Positions 20,915 through 30,627 of a stretch of DNA of 64,000 bases are shown here, piece after piece. Source of the stretch: an uncultured delta proteobacterium. Its GTDB lineage: Bacteria > Myxococcota_A > UBA9160 > SMWR01. The position numbers were made by a program, and so were the translations under genes. The DNA lies in the NCBI GenBank assembly GCA_963832165.1, contig CAWHTE010000011.1, positions 128,001 through 192,000 of the forward strand, read 5' to 3'. The notes beneath the pieces were generated by a model. It saw nothing but the letters and a program-made list of their open reading frames with translations. It was not told the origin of the DNA and ran no database searches. Numbering within the stretch: the stretch's first letter is position 1; every line of letters begins with the position of its first letter.

Positions 20915-21676
20915 ATGGGTGGCGAAGATCGGCCGGGCGGTGAGCTCCCGCGCAGCCTCGAGCTCCTCTGGCGGCGTGCCGACCGCGGGCGCCGTGCGCC
21001 CAGGCAGGCGCTCTCGCTCGAGCGGATCGTCTCGGCGGCGATCGAGATCGCCGACGTCGACGGCATCGCCGCGCTCTCGATGGCGCGCCTCGCCGAGAAG
21101 CTCGGCTGTGCGCCGATGTCCCTCTATCGACACGTCGCGAGCAAGGACGAGCTGCAGGTGTTCATGATGGACACTGCGCCGGGTCCGCCGCCGGCGCTCG
21201 ATGCGTCGAAGGGCGACTGGCGCGCTGGGCTCGAGCGCTGGGCGCGCGAGCTGCGCGCGGTCTACTTCCAGCATCCGTGGGTGCTGCAGATCACGGGTAG
21301 CAGTCCGCCCCTCGAGCCCGGCCAGCTCGCCTGGCTCGACTGCGGCCTCGGCGTGCTGCGCGGCACCCGCCTGCGCCCCGCGCAACGGCTCTCCGTGGTG
21401 ATGCTCTTGCTCTACTACGTACGCGGCGAGGCGCAGCTCGCGGTCGCGCGCGCGCATCCGGGCGGCCCGCATGACGACGCGGAGTCGATGGCCGCGTACG
21501 GCAACATGCTGGCCCGGCTCGTCGAGCCAGAGCGCTTCCCGGCACTTGCCGAGCTGGTTGCGGCGGGCGGATTCGACCCGGGCCCCAGCGATGGCGGCGC
21601 AGATCCGGAGTTCGACTTCGGGCTCGCGCGCGTGCTCGACGGAATCGAGCAGCTCGTCGACGCCGCGCGCCGCTAG
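20915..21676 (+). CDS. TetR/AcrR family regulator (TetR_C type)
   Basis: LSLERIVSAAIEIAD, LSMARLAEKLGCAPMSLYRHVASKDEL, FDFGLARVLDG. Confidence 0.92.
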   Translation: MGGEDRPGGELPRSLELLWRRADRGRRAPRQALSLERIVSAAIEIADVDGIAALSMARLAEKLGCAPMSLYRHVASKDELQVFMMDTAPGPPPALDASKGDWRAGLERWARELRAVYFQHPWVLQITGSSPPLEPGQLAWLDCGLGVLRGTRLRPAQRLSVVMLLLYYVRGEAQLAVARAHPGGPHDDAESMAAYGNMLARLVEPERFPALAELVAAGGFDPGPSDGGADPEFDFGLARVLDGIEQLVDAARR

Positions 21677-21698
21677 GTCGCCGCCAGGCCACTCCGGC

Positions 21699-22364
21699 TC
21701 AGCGGCGCCGCTTCAGCACCAGCGTGGCGCCCTGTCGATGCATGTCGAAGCGATTCAGGAAGCTCATGCCGAGCAGACCGATCGGGAGCGTCTCGTTGTC
21801 GATCACGACCGCCTCGACGTCGCGCTCCGTCGTCGTGCCGATCCGCACCGAATCGAGCGAAACGCGCCACCCGCGGACCACTCCGTTCACGGTCATGCTC
21901 TGGACCTGCGCGCCGCTCTGGTAGTCGAGGCCGATCCGGTCCGCATGCGCGCGCGAGAGCGCCGTCCACGTCGATCCCGTATCGACGATGAAGCGCAGCG
22001 GGGTTCCGTTCACGGCGCCGCTCGCCATGAAGTGTCCTCCCGCGTCGGCGAGCAGCGTCAGGCTCTCCGCAGCGTCGTCGCTGGTCGAGCCCCGGTACGC
22101 CACGAGCGGCAGCGTCTTCGCGACGCCATGGATCCGGACCACGGCGCTGCGGCGGTTCGCCTCGATCAGCGTGACGCCCTCGACCGTCCCGCCGACCTCG
22201 ATCGTCACGGGCGATCCGCCCCCGATCACGAGATCGGCGGAGGACCCCGGAGAGATCGCGACGACCTGCACGTCGCTGTCCGCCGTGCCGGCCAACGAAC
22301 CGACCAGCAGCGCGGCGACCAGCACGGACCAGCAGACGGAGAGCGGCGCGTTGCGTATCGACAC
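21699..22364 (-). CDS. Clan AA aspartic protease (TIGR02281-like)
   Basis: GHF, FIVDTGST, LLGMSFLNRF; signal peptide. Confidence 0.9.
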   Translation of the reverse strand: MSIRNAPLSVCWSVLVAALLVGSLAGTADSDVQVVAISPGSSADLVIGGGSPVTIEVGGTVEGVTLIEANRRSAVVRIHGVAKTLPLVAYRGSTSDDAAESLTLLADAGGHFMASGAVNGTPLRFIVDTGSTWTALSRAHADRIGLDYQSGAQVQSMTVNGVVRGWRVSLDSVRIGTTTERDVEAVVIDNETLPIGLLGMSFLNRFDMHRQGATLVLKRRR

Positions 22365-22440
22365 ACGCGCAGCCTACGCGTCCAGCGACCCCCGCGTCAA
22401 TTCGAGCGGTGCACCGAGCCCGCGTGTTCGTAGGAGGAGG

Positions 22441-22635
22441 CTAGTTCTCCTCTTCTTCCTCTTCCTCGTCATCACCCATCCTGCTCTGGCGCTCGCGGCG
22501 CTGGCGCTCCAACTCCTGATCCTGTTGCTTGCGCTCTTTGCCCTCGTCCGATCGGCCCGGCTGACCCGGCCGCGGTCCCGGTATCGGGCTGCCGCCTTGA
22601 TTCGGATTCGGAGTGAACTTCCCCTTTCGCGCCAT
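22441..22635 (-). CDS. Small hydrophilic protein (64 aa) with poly-Glu tail
   Basis: Strong SD AAAGGAG before ATG; MARKGKF...GDDEEEEEEEN. Confidence 0.55.
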   Translation of the reverse strand: MARKGKFTPNPNQGGSPIPGPRPGQPGRSDEGKERKQQDQELERQRRERQSRMGDDEEEEEEEN

Positions 22636-22879
22636 GATGAACTCCTTTCGACTTTCGTCTCGACCGTCGGCGACGGTCACCCACGAATGGTGCACGAAGT
22701 GCGCCAATCCTTTCGCGGGGTTGCGCGCGCACGAGGTGGCGCGCGAGCGATCGCGTGTTGAAAAAAGCGCCTGACGAGCGCTGAGGTGGCCGCGAATCCG
22801 CCAGGCGGTGCAAGTTCTACATCGCGTGGAACACCCTTCCGCGGATGCCCGGCGGGCACGCCGCGGCGGCGCCGCGCCG

Positions 22880-22895
22880 TGGCACGCTGCTTGCT
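22880..22895 (+). promoter_or_regulatory. Sigma54 (-24/-12) promoter
   Basis: TGGCACG-CTGC-TTGCT, a full consensus match 44 nt upstream of ATG 22939. Confidence 0.75.
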
Positions 22896-22938
22896 TTTGC
22901 ACATCGATGTGTGATGTCGAAAGGTGAGGAAGCGAGTC

Positions 22939-23745
22939 ATGCTGTTTTCCGCCGAAAATGCACGCGGTGTTATTCAACTAGCACGGGATTCCGTCAGTAG
23001 TTGGCGCGGTCCAAGTCGCCCGCTCGACTGGCACGTAGACGCCGGCGGGGACGCGATCCTTCTCTTGCACGGTCTCGCGGGATCGCCGCGCATGCTGGCG
23101 CCGATGCGAAACTACCTGCACCGCGAGCTCGAGCGGCCCGCGCTCGACATCGCGCTCGGAGTCGGCTTGGGCGACATCCGCGACATGGCGATTCGCGTTC
23201 ACGACCAGCTGGCGCAGCGGGACATCCGCCACTGCGACGTGATCGGCTATTCGATGGGCGGGCTCGTTGCGGCCTATCTCGCAAAGTGTCTCGATCAGGG
23301 CCGCTGCATCCGGCGCGTCGTCACGCTCGGCACTCCGTTCCGCGGCGTACCGTGCCTGACCGATTGGCGAGGGCTTCTCGCCCGCTGGTGTCGCTCGGCC
23401 GATCAGATGCGAGCCGGCTCGGCCTTCCTCGAACAGCTGGTTCGAATTCCGCCTCCGGCGCGCACCCACTTTCTCTCGATTGCCGGCGCGGCGGATACGA
23501 TCGTTCCGCCCGAGAGCGCCCACCTCGACGGTGACGGCTGCCGCAACCTCGTGGTTCCGGGCATCTATCACTGGTCGCTTCCGACCTCGCGGCGCGTATT
23601 CCGATGCGTGAAGGAGGTTCTCGCAGCGGAGCAGGGAGCGTGGCCCACACCGCATCTCGAGGCTGCCCCGCCGGTCCGCCTCCGGTACCCGGAGTCGACC
23701 TCGACGCCGTCGGTCGGTTTCGGCCAGGTCCAGCCCGCGCGGTAG
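22939..23745 (+). CDS. Alpha/beta hydrolase (lipase/esterase)
   Basis: LLLHGL, GYSMGG, TLGTPFRG, DTIVP, His in GIYHW. Confidence 0.88.
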   Translation: MLFSAENARGVIQLARDSVSSWRGPSRPLDWHVDAGGDAILLLHGLAGSPRMLAPMRNYLHRELERPALDIALGVGLGDIRDMAIRVHDQLAQRDIRHCDVIGYSMGGLVAAYLAKCLDQGRCIRRVVTLGTPFRGVPCLTDWRGLLARWCRSADQMRAGSAFLEQLVRIPPPARTHFLSIAGAADTIVPPESAHLDGDGCRNLVVPGIYHWSLPTSRRVFRCVKEVLAAEQGAWPTPHLEAAPPVRLRYPESTSTPSVGFGQVQPAR

Positions 23746-23764
23746 CGACGGTCGATGCGTTCAG

Positions 23765-24964
23765 TCAGGGCGCGACGACATCCTTTGCGGGAACGCGCTC
23801 GGGCGGACTCTCTTCGCGCGCGAGGTCGAGCGCGAGGCTGAACACGGGCTTCTCGCCGCGCCCGGACTCGACGACGTTCACGACGAGCACACCCGCTCGC
23901 GTCTCGGTCGTTTCGTGGAAGTCGAACACGATGAACCCGCGATGCGCGTGCGCGAACAGCATTCCCTCGGTCGACGTGACGCGGCTGGTCCTCGTGGCCG
24001 ATCCGCTCACGACGACCAGGCGCGCCTGATCGCCTCCGTCGAGGATCTGCAGGCTGTGGTCGTGGCCGCCTACCATCGCGAGCGGCGGATTCTCCGCGAG
24101 TACCTCTCCGAGCACCTGGACCATCTCGTGGTAGGTCGGCTCGATCATGTCCTGCAGGGTGTAGAACCGGTAGAAGATCTTGATGCCGAGGTCGATCCAC
24201 AGTCCGCGCGTGTAGCCGCCGTGCTCGCCTCCCGAGCGGATCGGATGGTGCGCCACGACGACGACGTTCTCGGCGCGGTGCTCGAGGAGCTCTGTGCGCA
24301 GGCGCGCGATGAAGTCGTCGGTGGTCGCGATGCCTTGACATACCGGGCGAACCGGCTCGGGCAGGAACCACCAGTAGAGATCCAGCGCGATCACCGTGAG
24401 TCCGCCCGCCAAGGCCCGGCTCGGCTTCGCGAGCTGTGAAACGGAGGGCCCCGGACAGCCCTCCTTGGGGTCGAAGGCGGCGTCGAGCTTCGCGTGAGAT
24501 TCGATGAACGCCTGCTGGTTCTTGAGCACGGCAGGCGTGCCCTGCTGGAACTGCGTGTAGCCCCAATCGTGATTGCCCGGAATGAACAGCTTGCGCGCGC
24601 GCGTCGCGTGGAGCTGCTGCAAGAGGATCGCCTCGCCGCGCGCCCGCGCGCGGCCCGTGCCCTGGAGACCGGCCGGGTAGATGTTGTCGCCCAGGAAGAT
24701 CGCGGTGGTGCGAGCGGGGTGTGCGTCTCCCCATTCACCGATCAGCGCGAGCGTCTCGTCCTTGGCGGCCGGTCTGCCCGCATCGCCCACGAGGATCAGC
24801 CGATGAATCGGCTCGCTCCGGAGGTCCTCGGGTTCGATGTGACCCTCGCTCCGATACGGATCGCGATCGGGCCCGAAGTCGACTCCGCGCAGCGGAGCGC
24901 GCCAGCACGCGACACCTAGCAGAGCGGCGCAAGCGGCGAGGATCGCGCAGCGGTGCGTCTTCAG
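23765..24964 (-). CDS. Metallophosphoesterase lipoprotein (start probably CTG 24964)
   Basis: GDAG, GDNIYP, PGNHDW, HHP, GHDH; lipobox GVAC. Confidence 0.85.
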   Translation of the reverse strand: MKTHRCAILAACAALLGVACWRAPLRGVDFGPDRDPYRSEGHIEPEDLRSEPIHRLILVGDAGRPAAKDETLALIGEWGDAHPARTTAIFLGDNIYPAGLQGTGRARARGEAILLQQLHATRARKLFIPGNHDWGYTQFQQGTPAVLKNQQAFIESHAKLDAAFDPKEGCPGPSVSQLAKPSRALAGGLTVIALDLYWWFLPEPVRPVCQGIATTDDFIARLRTELLEHRAENVVVVAHHPIRSGGEHGGYTRGLWIDLGIKIFYRFYTLQDMIEPTYHEMVQVLGEVLAENPPLAMVGGHDHSLQILDGGDQARLVVVSGSATRTSRVTSTEGMLFAHAHRGFIVFDFHETTETRAGVLVVNVVESGRGEKPVFSLALDLAREESPPERVPAKDVVAP

Positions 24965-25338
24965 AGAAGCTCGTTGGACTCGCGGTTCCCCGCGCCGAAC
25001 TCGCGGCGCATCACGAGTGCCAGTGCTCCCGTCGACAACACGATGATCATCACCTCGCTCACGGACGCGATCGGTGGACGAGATCGCAGCCAGAAGCCCT
25101 CCAAAAGCGATGCCGCGGCGAGCATCGTGCCGAGTGCGAGCACGACGCCGACCGTCCACGAGCGACCCAGCCAGATCGCGAGGGCGGCCGCGAACGCCAT
25201 CCCGGTCTGGAGTGCGTATGCCGCGACGAGTGCGGGATTCATTTCGGACGCGTAGAGCATGAACCCCAGCGCCGCGCGATGAACCGCGAGCCCGATCAGC
25301 AGAATCGGAATCAGGATCTGCCAGAGCGGACGGTCCAT
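24961..25338 (-). CDS. Hypothetical four-TM membrane protein
   Basis: Hydrophobic ORF whose stop overlaps the next gene. Confidence 0.6.
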   Translation of the reverse strand: MDRPLWQILIPILLIGLAVHRAALGFMLYASEMNPALVAAYALQTGMAFAAALAIWLGRSWTVGVVLALGTMLAAASLLEGFWLRSRPPIASVSEVMIIVLSTGALALVMRREFGAGNRESNELL

Positions 25339-25350
25339 TCTGACGAATCG

Positions 25351-25366
25351 TGCATCGACCGTGCCA
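25351..25366 (-). promoter_or_regulatory. Putative sigma54 promoter
   Basis: Minus strand TGGCACG-GTCG-ATGCA just upstream of ATG 25338. Confidence 0.5.
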
Positions 25367-25452
25367 TGCGCGAACGTCGCTCTCGTCGTCGATCACGCGC
25401 GAAAGCGCTGTAGTTCGCACAATTTTCGCGCCGCGATAAGGTAGGACGCGCG

Positions 25453-26061
25453 ATGACTCTCGAGGCGACCTCCGCGCCGGCCGAGCAGCTGATCGACCGG
25501 CTGATCGCGGGCGAAGAGCAGGCCTACGAAGAGCTCGTGCGCACCTACGGCGGCCGACTGCTCGCGGTGGCGCGCCGCTTCCTTCCGGTCGAGGAGGACG
25601 CGCGGGACGCGGTGCAGGACGCATTCTTGTCCGCGTTCCGGTCGATCCACCTGTTCGAGCGCCAGGCGCAGCTCTCGACCTGGCTGCACCGGATCGTCGT
25701 GAACGCGAGCCTCATGAAGTTGCGGACGCGCCGGCGCAAGCCCGAGACGTCGATCGAGGAGCTGCTGCCGGGCTATCTCGAAGACGGCCACTACGAACGC
25801 CCGGCCTCGCCCTGGCGCACCGAGGAGCTCGACCCGGCCGAGCAGAGCGAGCTGCGCGAGCTCGTGCTGCGAAGCATCCATTCGCTGCCGGAGGGACACC
25901 GTAACGTGCTGCTGTTGCGCGACATCGAAGGTCTCGACACGGAGGAGGCTGCTGAGCTGCTCCAGATCAGTCCGGGCGCCGTGAAGACTCGGCTGCACCG
26001 CGCGCGTCAGGCGCTGCGCGAGCTGCTGGAGCCGCACCTGCGGGAGGCCCCGCCGTCATGA
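25453..26061 (+). CDS. ECF RNA polymerase sigma factor
   Basis: DARDAVQDAF, STWLHRIVVN, LLRDIEGL, AVKTRLHRAR. Confidence 0.95.
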   Translation: MTLEATSAPAEQLIDRLIAGEEQAYEELVRTYGGRLLAVARRFLPVEEDARDAVQDAFLSAFRSIHLFERQAQLSTWLHRIVVNASLMKLRTRRRKPETSIEELLPGYLEDGHYERPASPWRTEELDPAEQSELRELVLRSIHSLPEGHRNVLLLRDIEGLDTEEAAELLQISPGAVKTRLHRARQALRELLEPHLREAPPS

Positions 26062-26297
26062 AGTGCCGCGAGTTCGTCGAGTTCCTGATGGAGTACCTCG
26101 ATGGCGCGCTCGGCGAGGCGGAGCGCGACGTGTTCGAAGGCCACATCGAGGACTGTCCCGCGTGCGTGAACTATCTCGACACCTATCGCGAGACGGTTCG
26201 TCTGGGCAGCAGCGTCTGCACACCCGACGACGAGGTGCCGCCCGACGTCCCCGAAGAGCTGGTGCAGGCGATCCTCTCAGCGCGGCAGAAGCACTAG
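26058..26297 (+). CDS. zf-HC2 zinc-binding anti-sigma factor
   Basis: MKC...EYLDGAL...HIEDCPAC; ATGA overlap with the sigma gene. Confidence 0.9.
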   Translation: MKCREFVEFLMEYLDGALGEAERDVFEGHIEDCPACVNYLDTYRETVRLGSSVCTPDDEVPPDVPEELVQAILSARQKH

Positions 26298-26322
26298 CCA
26301 CATCGTGGGCCGCTCGACGCCA

Positions 26323-27852
26323 TCAGCGCCGCAGCGCCATCCAGCGCCCGAGCCATTTCTTCACGGTCGGTGTCGCGCGCGTGCGCGTGTAGAGACCGGC
26401 TGCGCGCTTGATCCCCTCGGCCTGGGTCGGGTACGGGTGGATCACGTCGAGGAACTTGCCGAGCCCGAGCCTGGCGACGATCGCCAGCGTGACCTCGCTG
26501 ATCATCTCGCCCGCATGCGCCGCCACGATCGTGGCTCCGAGGATCTCGTCGCTGCCCTTGCGCGTGTGCACGCGCACGAATCCCTCGTCCTCGCCGTCGG
26601 TGACCGCGCGGTTCACCTGCGTGAGCGGGACGTGATAGGTGTCGACCTCGATGCCCGCCGTGCGCGCGTCGGCTTCGTACAGGCCCACGTGCGCGACCTC
26701 GGGGTCGGTGTAGGTGCACCACGGCATCACGAGCGACGACACCTTCTTGGTGCGCGCGAACAGCGCATTCTGCACCACGATCTTCGCCGCCGCGTCGGCG
26801 GCATGGGTGAACTTCCATTTCATGCAGATGTCGCCCGCAGCGTAGATGCGCGGATTCGTGGTCTGGAGGTAGTCGTTCACGTAGACACCGCGCGCCGCGT
26901 CGTAGCGCACGCCGACCGTCTCGAGCTCGAGCCCCTCCACGTTGGGCGCGCGGCCGACCCCGAGCAGGAGCTCGTCGACCACCGCGCGCTCCGTGCGGCC
27001 GTCGCGATGGCCGAAGTGGATCGCCTTCGCGGCACCGTCCTTCTCCACGCGCACGATCTTGCATCCGTTCACGACGCGGATGCCCTCGCTCTCGAAGCGC
27101 TCCTCGACGATCCGCGCCGCATCTGCGTCCTCGCGCGGCAGGATGTGCGGATCCGCGTGCAGCACGGTGACCTCGCAGCCGAGGCGGCGGAACGCCTGCG
27201 CGAGCTCACAGCCGATCGGCCCCGCGCCGATCACGCCGAGTCGGCGCGGCCGCTCGGTCAGGTTGAAGATCGTCTCGTTGGTCAGGTAGCCCGCGGCCTC
27301 GATCCCCTCGATCGGCAGCGCGATCGCGCGCGCGCCCGTCGCGATCACGGCCTTCTTGAAGCGCAGCGTCGCGCCCGCGACCTCGACGGTGTCCCTGCTC
27401 GCGAAGCGCGCGTTTCCGAGGAAGACGTCCACGCCGAGCTCGTCGCGGTAGCGCGCGGCGGAATCGTCGTGGCTGATCTGGGTGCGGACGCGGCGCATGC
27501 GCTCCATCGCGGCGCCGAAGTCGGCCTGGGCGCCGTCGGCGAGCGCGAGCCCGATCTCCTTCTGCGCGCGGCGCGCCTCGGCGACCATGCGCGAAGCGCG
27601 GATCACGCCCTTCGACGGCACGCAGCCCACGTTCAGGCAGTCGCCGCCGAGATAGTGCCGCTCGATCATCGCCACCTTGGCGCCGAGTCCGGCCGCGATC
27701 GCCGACGTGATCAGCCCCGCCGTACCCCCGCCGATCACGACCAGGTTGTAGCGGCTCGCGGGCTCGGGGTTCTTCCAGTCCGGCGGGTGCACGTTCTGCA
27801 CCAGCGCCTGATTGTGCGCGTCCATCGGCGACACCGGGGGCACTTCGAACAT
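26323..27852 (-). CDS. Pyridine nucleotide-disulfide oxidoreductase (mercuric reductase-like, not a true MerA)
   Basis: GGGTAG, GGDCLNVGCVPSK, GAGPIG, IHPYPTQAE; no C-terminal Cys-Cys. Confidence 0.9.
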   Translation of the reverse strand: MFEVPPVSPMDAHNQALVQNVHPPDWKNPEPASRYNLVVIGGGTAGLITSAIAAGLGAKVAMIERHYLGGDCLNVGCVPSKGVIRASRMVAEARRAQKEIGLALADGAQADFGAAMERMRRVRTQISHDDSAARYRDELGVDVFLGNARFASRDTVEVAGATLRFKKAVIATGARAIALPIEGIEAAGYLTNETIFNLTERPRRLGVIGAGPIGCELAQAFRRLGCEVTVLHADPHILPREDADAARIVEERFESEGIRVVNGCKIVRVEKDGAAKAIHFGHRDGRTERAVVDELLLGVGRAPNVEGLELETVGVRYDAARGVYVNDYLQTTNPRIYAAGDICMKWKFTHAADAAAKIVVQNALFARTKKVSSLVMPWCTYTDPEVAHVGLYEADARTAGIEVDTYHVPLTQVNRAVTDGEDEGFVRVHTRKGSDEILGATIVAAHAGEMISEVTLAIVARLGLGKFLDVIHPYPTQAEGIKRAAGLYTRTRATPTVKKWLGRWMALRR

Positions 27853-27872
27853 CCCGTCTCCTCTGGCCTGCG

Positions 27873-28601
27873 CTAGGCCGAATCTCCGGTCGCCTCGGCG
27901 AGCGCGCGCCGCGCAATCCGCGTGACGAGCGCCGTGACGACCGCCGTGGCGAGCAGCCCGATCCCGAGCAACACGTACTCGGCACCGCTGCGCTCGCGCG
28001 CTGCGCCTCCCGCGAGTGCGGCGACGTCGCCGATCGCCTTGCCCAAGTAAACGTAGAGCAGCGTCCCGGGGAGCATCCCGACCGACGCGGCGAAGTAGTC
28101 GACGAAGCGCACGCTCGTGAGGCCGAGCGCGTAGTTCAGCAGATTGAACGGAAACGCCGGCGAGAGCCGCAGCAGGAAGACGATCCAACGGCCCTGGCGG
28201 CCGACCGCGCGATCGATCGCCGCGAACTTCTCGTTGCCCGCGAGGCGGCGCTCGATCGCCGCGCGCGCGAGGTAGCGCGAGACCAGGAACGCGAGCGAAG
28301 AGCCCGTCACCGCCGCCGCGAACACGTAGACGGTGCCCGCGGCCACGCCGAAGATCGCGCCGCCCGCGAGCGTCAGCAGCGAAGCGGGCGCGAACGCGAC
28401 GACTGCGAGCGCATAGCCCGCGATGAACACCGCGGGTCCCCACGCGCCGAGCCCATCCACCCACGACGCAAACGCGGGCACGTAGCCGCCCGCGGTCCGC
28501 CCCAGCACCACGAGGCCCGCGAGCGCGGCGAGGCCGATCGCGATCCGGGTCCAGGGCAGCGAGCGGGCAGGGGTGGGCTCTAGCGGTGCAGTGGTGTCCA
28601 T
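27873..28601 (-). CDS. TVP38/TMEM64 (DedA) family membrane protein
   Basis: LTLAGGAIFG, LRLSPAFPFNLLNYALG, GMLPGTLLYVYLG. Confidence 0.92.
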   Translation of the reverse strand: MDTTAPLEPTPARSLPWTRIAIGLAALAGLVVLGRTAGGYVPAFASWVDGLGAWGPAVFIAGYALAVVAFAPASLLTLAGGAIFGVAAGTVYVFAAAVTGSSLAFLVSRYLARAAIERRLAGNEKFAAIDRAVGRQGRWIVFLLRLSPAFPFNLLNYALGLTSVRFVDYFAASVGMLPGTLLYVYLGKAIGDVAALAGGAARERSGAEYVLLGIGLLATAVVTALVTRIARRALAEATGDSA

Positions 28602-28653
28602 GGCCTCTCCGATGCGCGAGCGCTCCGGTGGTTTCGCGGCGAGGTGTTCCGCG

Positions 28654-29619
28654 TCAGGCGAGCGCCCCACCACAGCTCGAGCCGCTGCCGGCGGTACAGC
28701 CGAAGCAGTGCGAGTCGGTCGCGATCGGTGCGTGCTCGAGCTCCGCGAGGTCGTCGACCTCCCAGATCGTGTTCACGCGAGCGCCAAGCGGCATCTCGAG
28801 CATCTGATTGAAATCGCAGTCGTAGAGCGTGCCGTCCCAGCCCACCGACACGAGCGAGCGGCACATCAGCGCCAGGACCGTCGCGGGATTGAAGTGGTTC
28901 ACGAGCAGGCTCATGTACTCCGCGTGCTGCCCGTCGCGCTCGAGCGCGTGCGCGAAGCGCTTGATCGGCATGTTCGTGATCGCGACGAGGTGGTCGAACT
29001 CGATGCCGAAGAGCTCGCGCAGCTCGGAGCGGTAGTCCGTTTCCAACTTGGCCTGGTCTGGCGGAAGGGACGGGCCGAGCGGGTTGTACACGAGGTCGAG
29101 CCCGAGGCTGCGTCCCGGTGCGGCGTAGCCGAGCGCGTTGAGCTTCTGCAGCGCAGCGATGCTGCGCTCGAACACGCGCTTGCCGCGCTGCGCATCGACG
29201 TTCTCGCGCGTGTAGCACGGCAGCGACGCCACCACCTTCACGCCGTGCTCGGCGAGGAACTCGGCGGTGTCCTCCTGGCCGGGCTCGAACAGCACCGTGA
29301 GGTTGCAGCGGTCGATCACTTCGCGTCCGAGCGCGCGCGCCTCGCGCACGAGACCGCGGAAGTTCTCGTTCAGCTCCGGTGCGCCCCCCGTGAGGTCGAG
29401 CGTGCAGACGTCCGGGTTCGCAGCGAGCAGCTCCGTCACGCGGGCCGCGGTCGCTTCGTCCATCGCCTCCGTGCGCTTCGGCCCGGCTTCGACGTGGCAG
29501 TGATGGCACGCGAGATCGCAGCGCTTTCCGACGTTTACCTGCAGCGTCGTGACCGCGGTGCGGCGCAGCTCGGGCAGCGCGTGTTCGGCGAGCGCGGCCG
29601 CAAAGTTAGGGAGGCTCAT
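28654..29619 (-). CDS. arsS: Radical SAM protein, ArsS (arsenosugar biosynthesis)/DUF3641 family
   Basis: LQVNVGKRCDLACHHCHV, ASLPCY, YDCDFNQML, HCFGCTAGSGSSCGG. Confidence 0.88.
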   Translation of the reverse strand: MSLPNFAAALAEHALPELRRTAVTTLQVNVGKRCDLACHHCHVEAGPKRTEAMDEATAARVTELLAANPDVCTLDLTGGAPELNENFRGLVREARALGREVIDRCNLTVLFEPGQEDTAEFLAEHGVKVVASLPCYTRENVDAQRGKRVFERSIAALQKLNALGYAAPGRSLGLDLVYNPLGPSLPPDQAKLETDYRSELRELFGIEFDHLVAITNMPIKRFAHALERDGQHAEYMSLLVNHFNPATVLALMCRSLVSVGWDGTLYDCDFNQMLEMPLGARVNTIWEVDDLAELEHAPIATDSHCFGCTAGSGSSCGGALA

Positions 29620-29699
29620 CGCTTGCGGGAGAGTACCCCCTCGGGCTCGGGCGCTGCTAGGATGCCTGACCCAAGAAACCCTCTAGGAGATTCCCCCCC

Positions 29700-30611
29700 A
29701 TGAGTGAGATCCGTTTCGACGGCCGCGTGGCCGTGATCACCGGCGCCGGTGGCGGCCTCGGAAAGACCTACGCACTCGAGCTCGCTCGCCGCGGCGCGAG
29801 CGTGGTGGTGAACGACCTCGGCGGTTCGGCCGACGGACGCGGGGGCAGCGGCAGCATGGCCGACGCGACCGTGAAGGAGATCATCGAGGCCGGCGGCAAG
29901 GCGGCCGCCAACTACGATTCGGTCGCCACGCCCGAGGGCGGCAAGGCGATCATCCAGACCGCGCTCGACAACTTCGGCAAGGTCGACATCCTCGTGAACA
30001 ACGCCGGGATCCTGCGCGACAAGAGCTTCACGAAGCTCGAGCCCAAGGACCTCGAGGCGATCATCGACGTGCACCTCAAGGGCGCGTTCTTCGTGACCCA
30101 GCCCGCGTTCGCTTCGATGAAGGAGAACGGCTACGGGCGCATCGTGATGGCGTCGTCGGGTGCCGGCATCTTCGGGAACTTCGGCCAGTCGAACTACGGC
30201 GCGGCGAAGATGGGCCTCGTCGGCCTCATGAACGTGCTCGCCGTCGAGGGCGCGAAGAACAACATCAAGGTGAATACGATCGCGCCGATCGCGAAGACGC
30301 GGCTCACCGAGCAGCTGCTCGGCGGCCTGGGCGATGCGCTCGACCCGCGGTTCGTCACGCCGCTCGTGGTCTATCTCTGCTCGGAGAAGTGCGAGCTCAC
30401 GCACGAGATCTTCGACGTCGGCGGCGGCCGCTATGCGCGGATCTTCGTCGGCATGGGCAAGGGATGGGTCACGCCGAAGGGCAAGGTTCCCTCGGCCGAC
30501 GACATCTTCGACCAGATCGACGTGATCCGCGACACGCAGAGCTTCACCATCCCTACGAGCATCGCCGAGGAGACCGGGGCGATCGTCGAAGCGCTGAAGA
30601 GCCAGCAGTAG
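29700..30611 (+). CDS. SDR, MFE-2-type (3R)-hydroxyacyl-CoA dehydrogenase
   Basis: TGAGGGLG, VVNDLG, NNAGILRD, NFGQSNYGAAK. Confidence 0.92.
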   Translation: MSEIRFDGRVAVITGAGGGLGKTYALELARRGASVVVNDLGGSADGRGGSGSMADATVKEIIEAGGKAAANYDSVATPEGGKAIIQTALDNFGKVDILVNNAGILRDKSFTKLEPKDLEAIIDVHLKGAFFVTQPAFASMKENGYGRIVMASSGAGIFGNFGQSNYGAAKMGLVGLMNVLAVEGAKNNIKVNTIAPIAKTRLTEQLLGGLGDALDPRFVTPLVVYLCSEKCELTHEIFDVGGGRYARIFVGMGKGWVTPKGKVPSADDIFDQIDVIRDTQSFTIPTSIAEETGAIVEALKSQQ

Positions 30612-30627
30612 GCCAGGAGACAACACC

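Noticed and set aside
26323..27852. Mercury resistance (merA)
   Set aside because: No C-terminal Cys-Cys, no NmerA domain, and no merR/T/P nearby.
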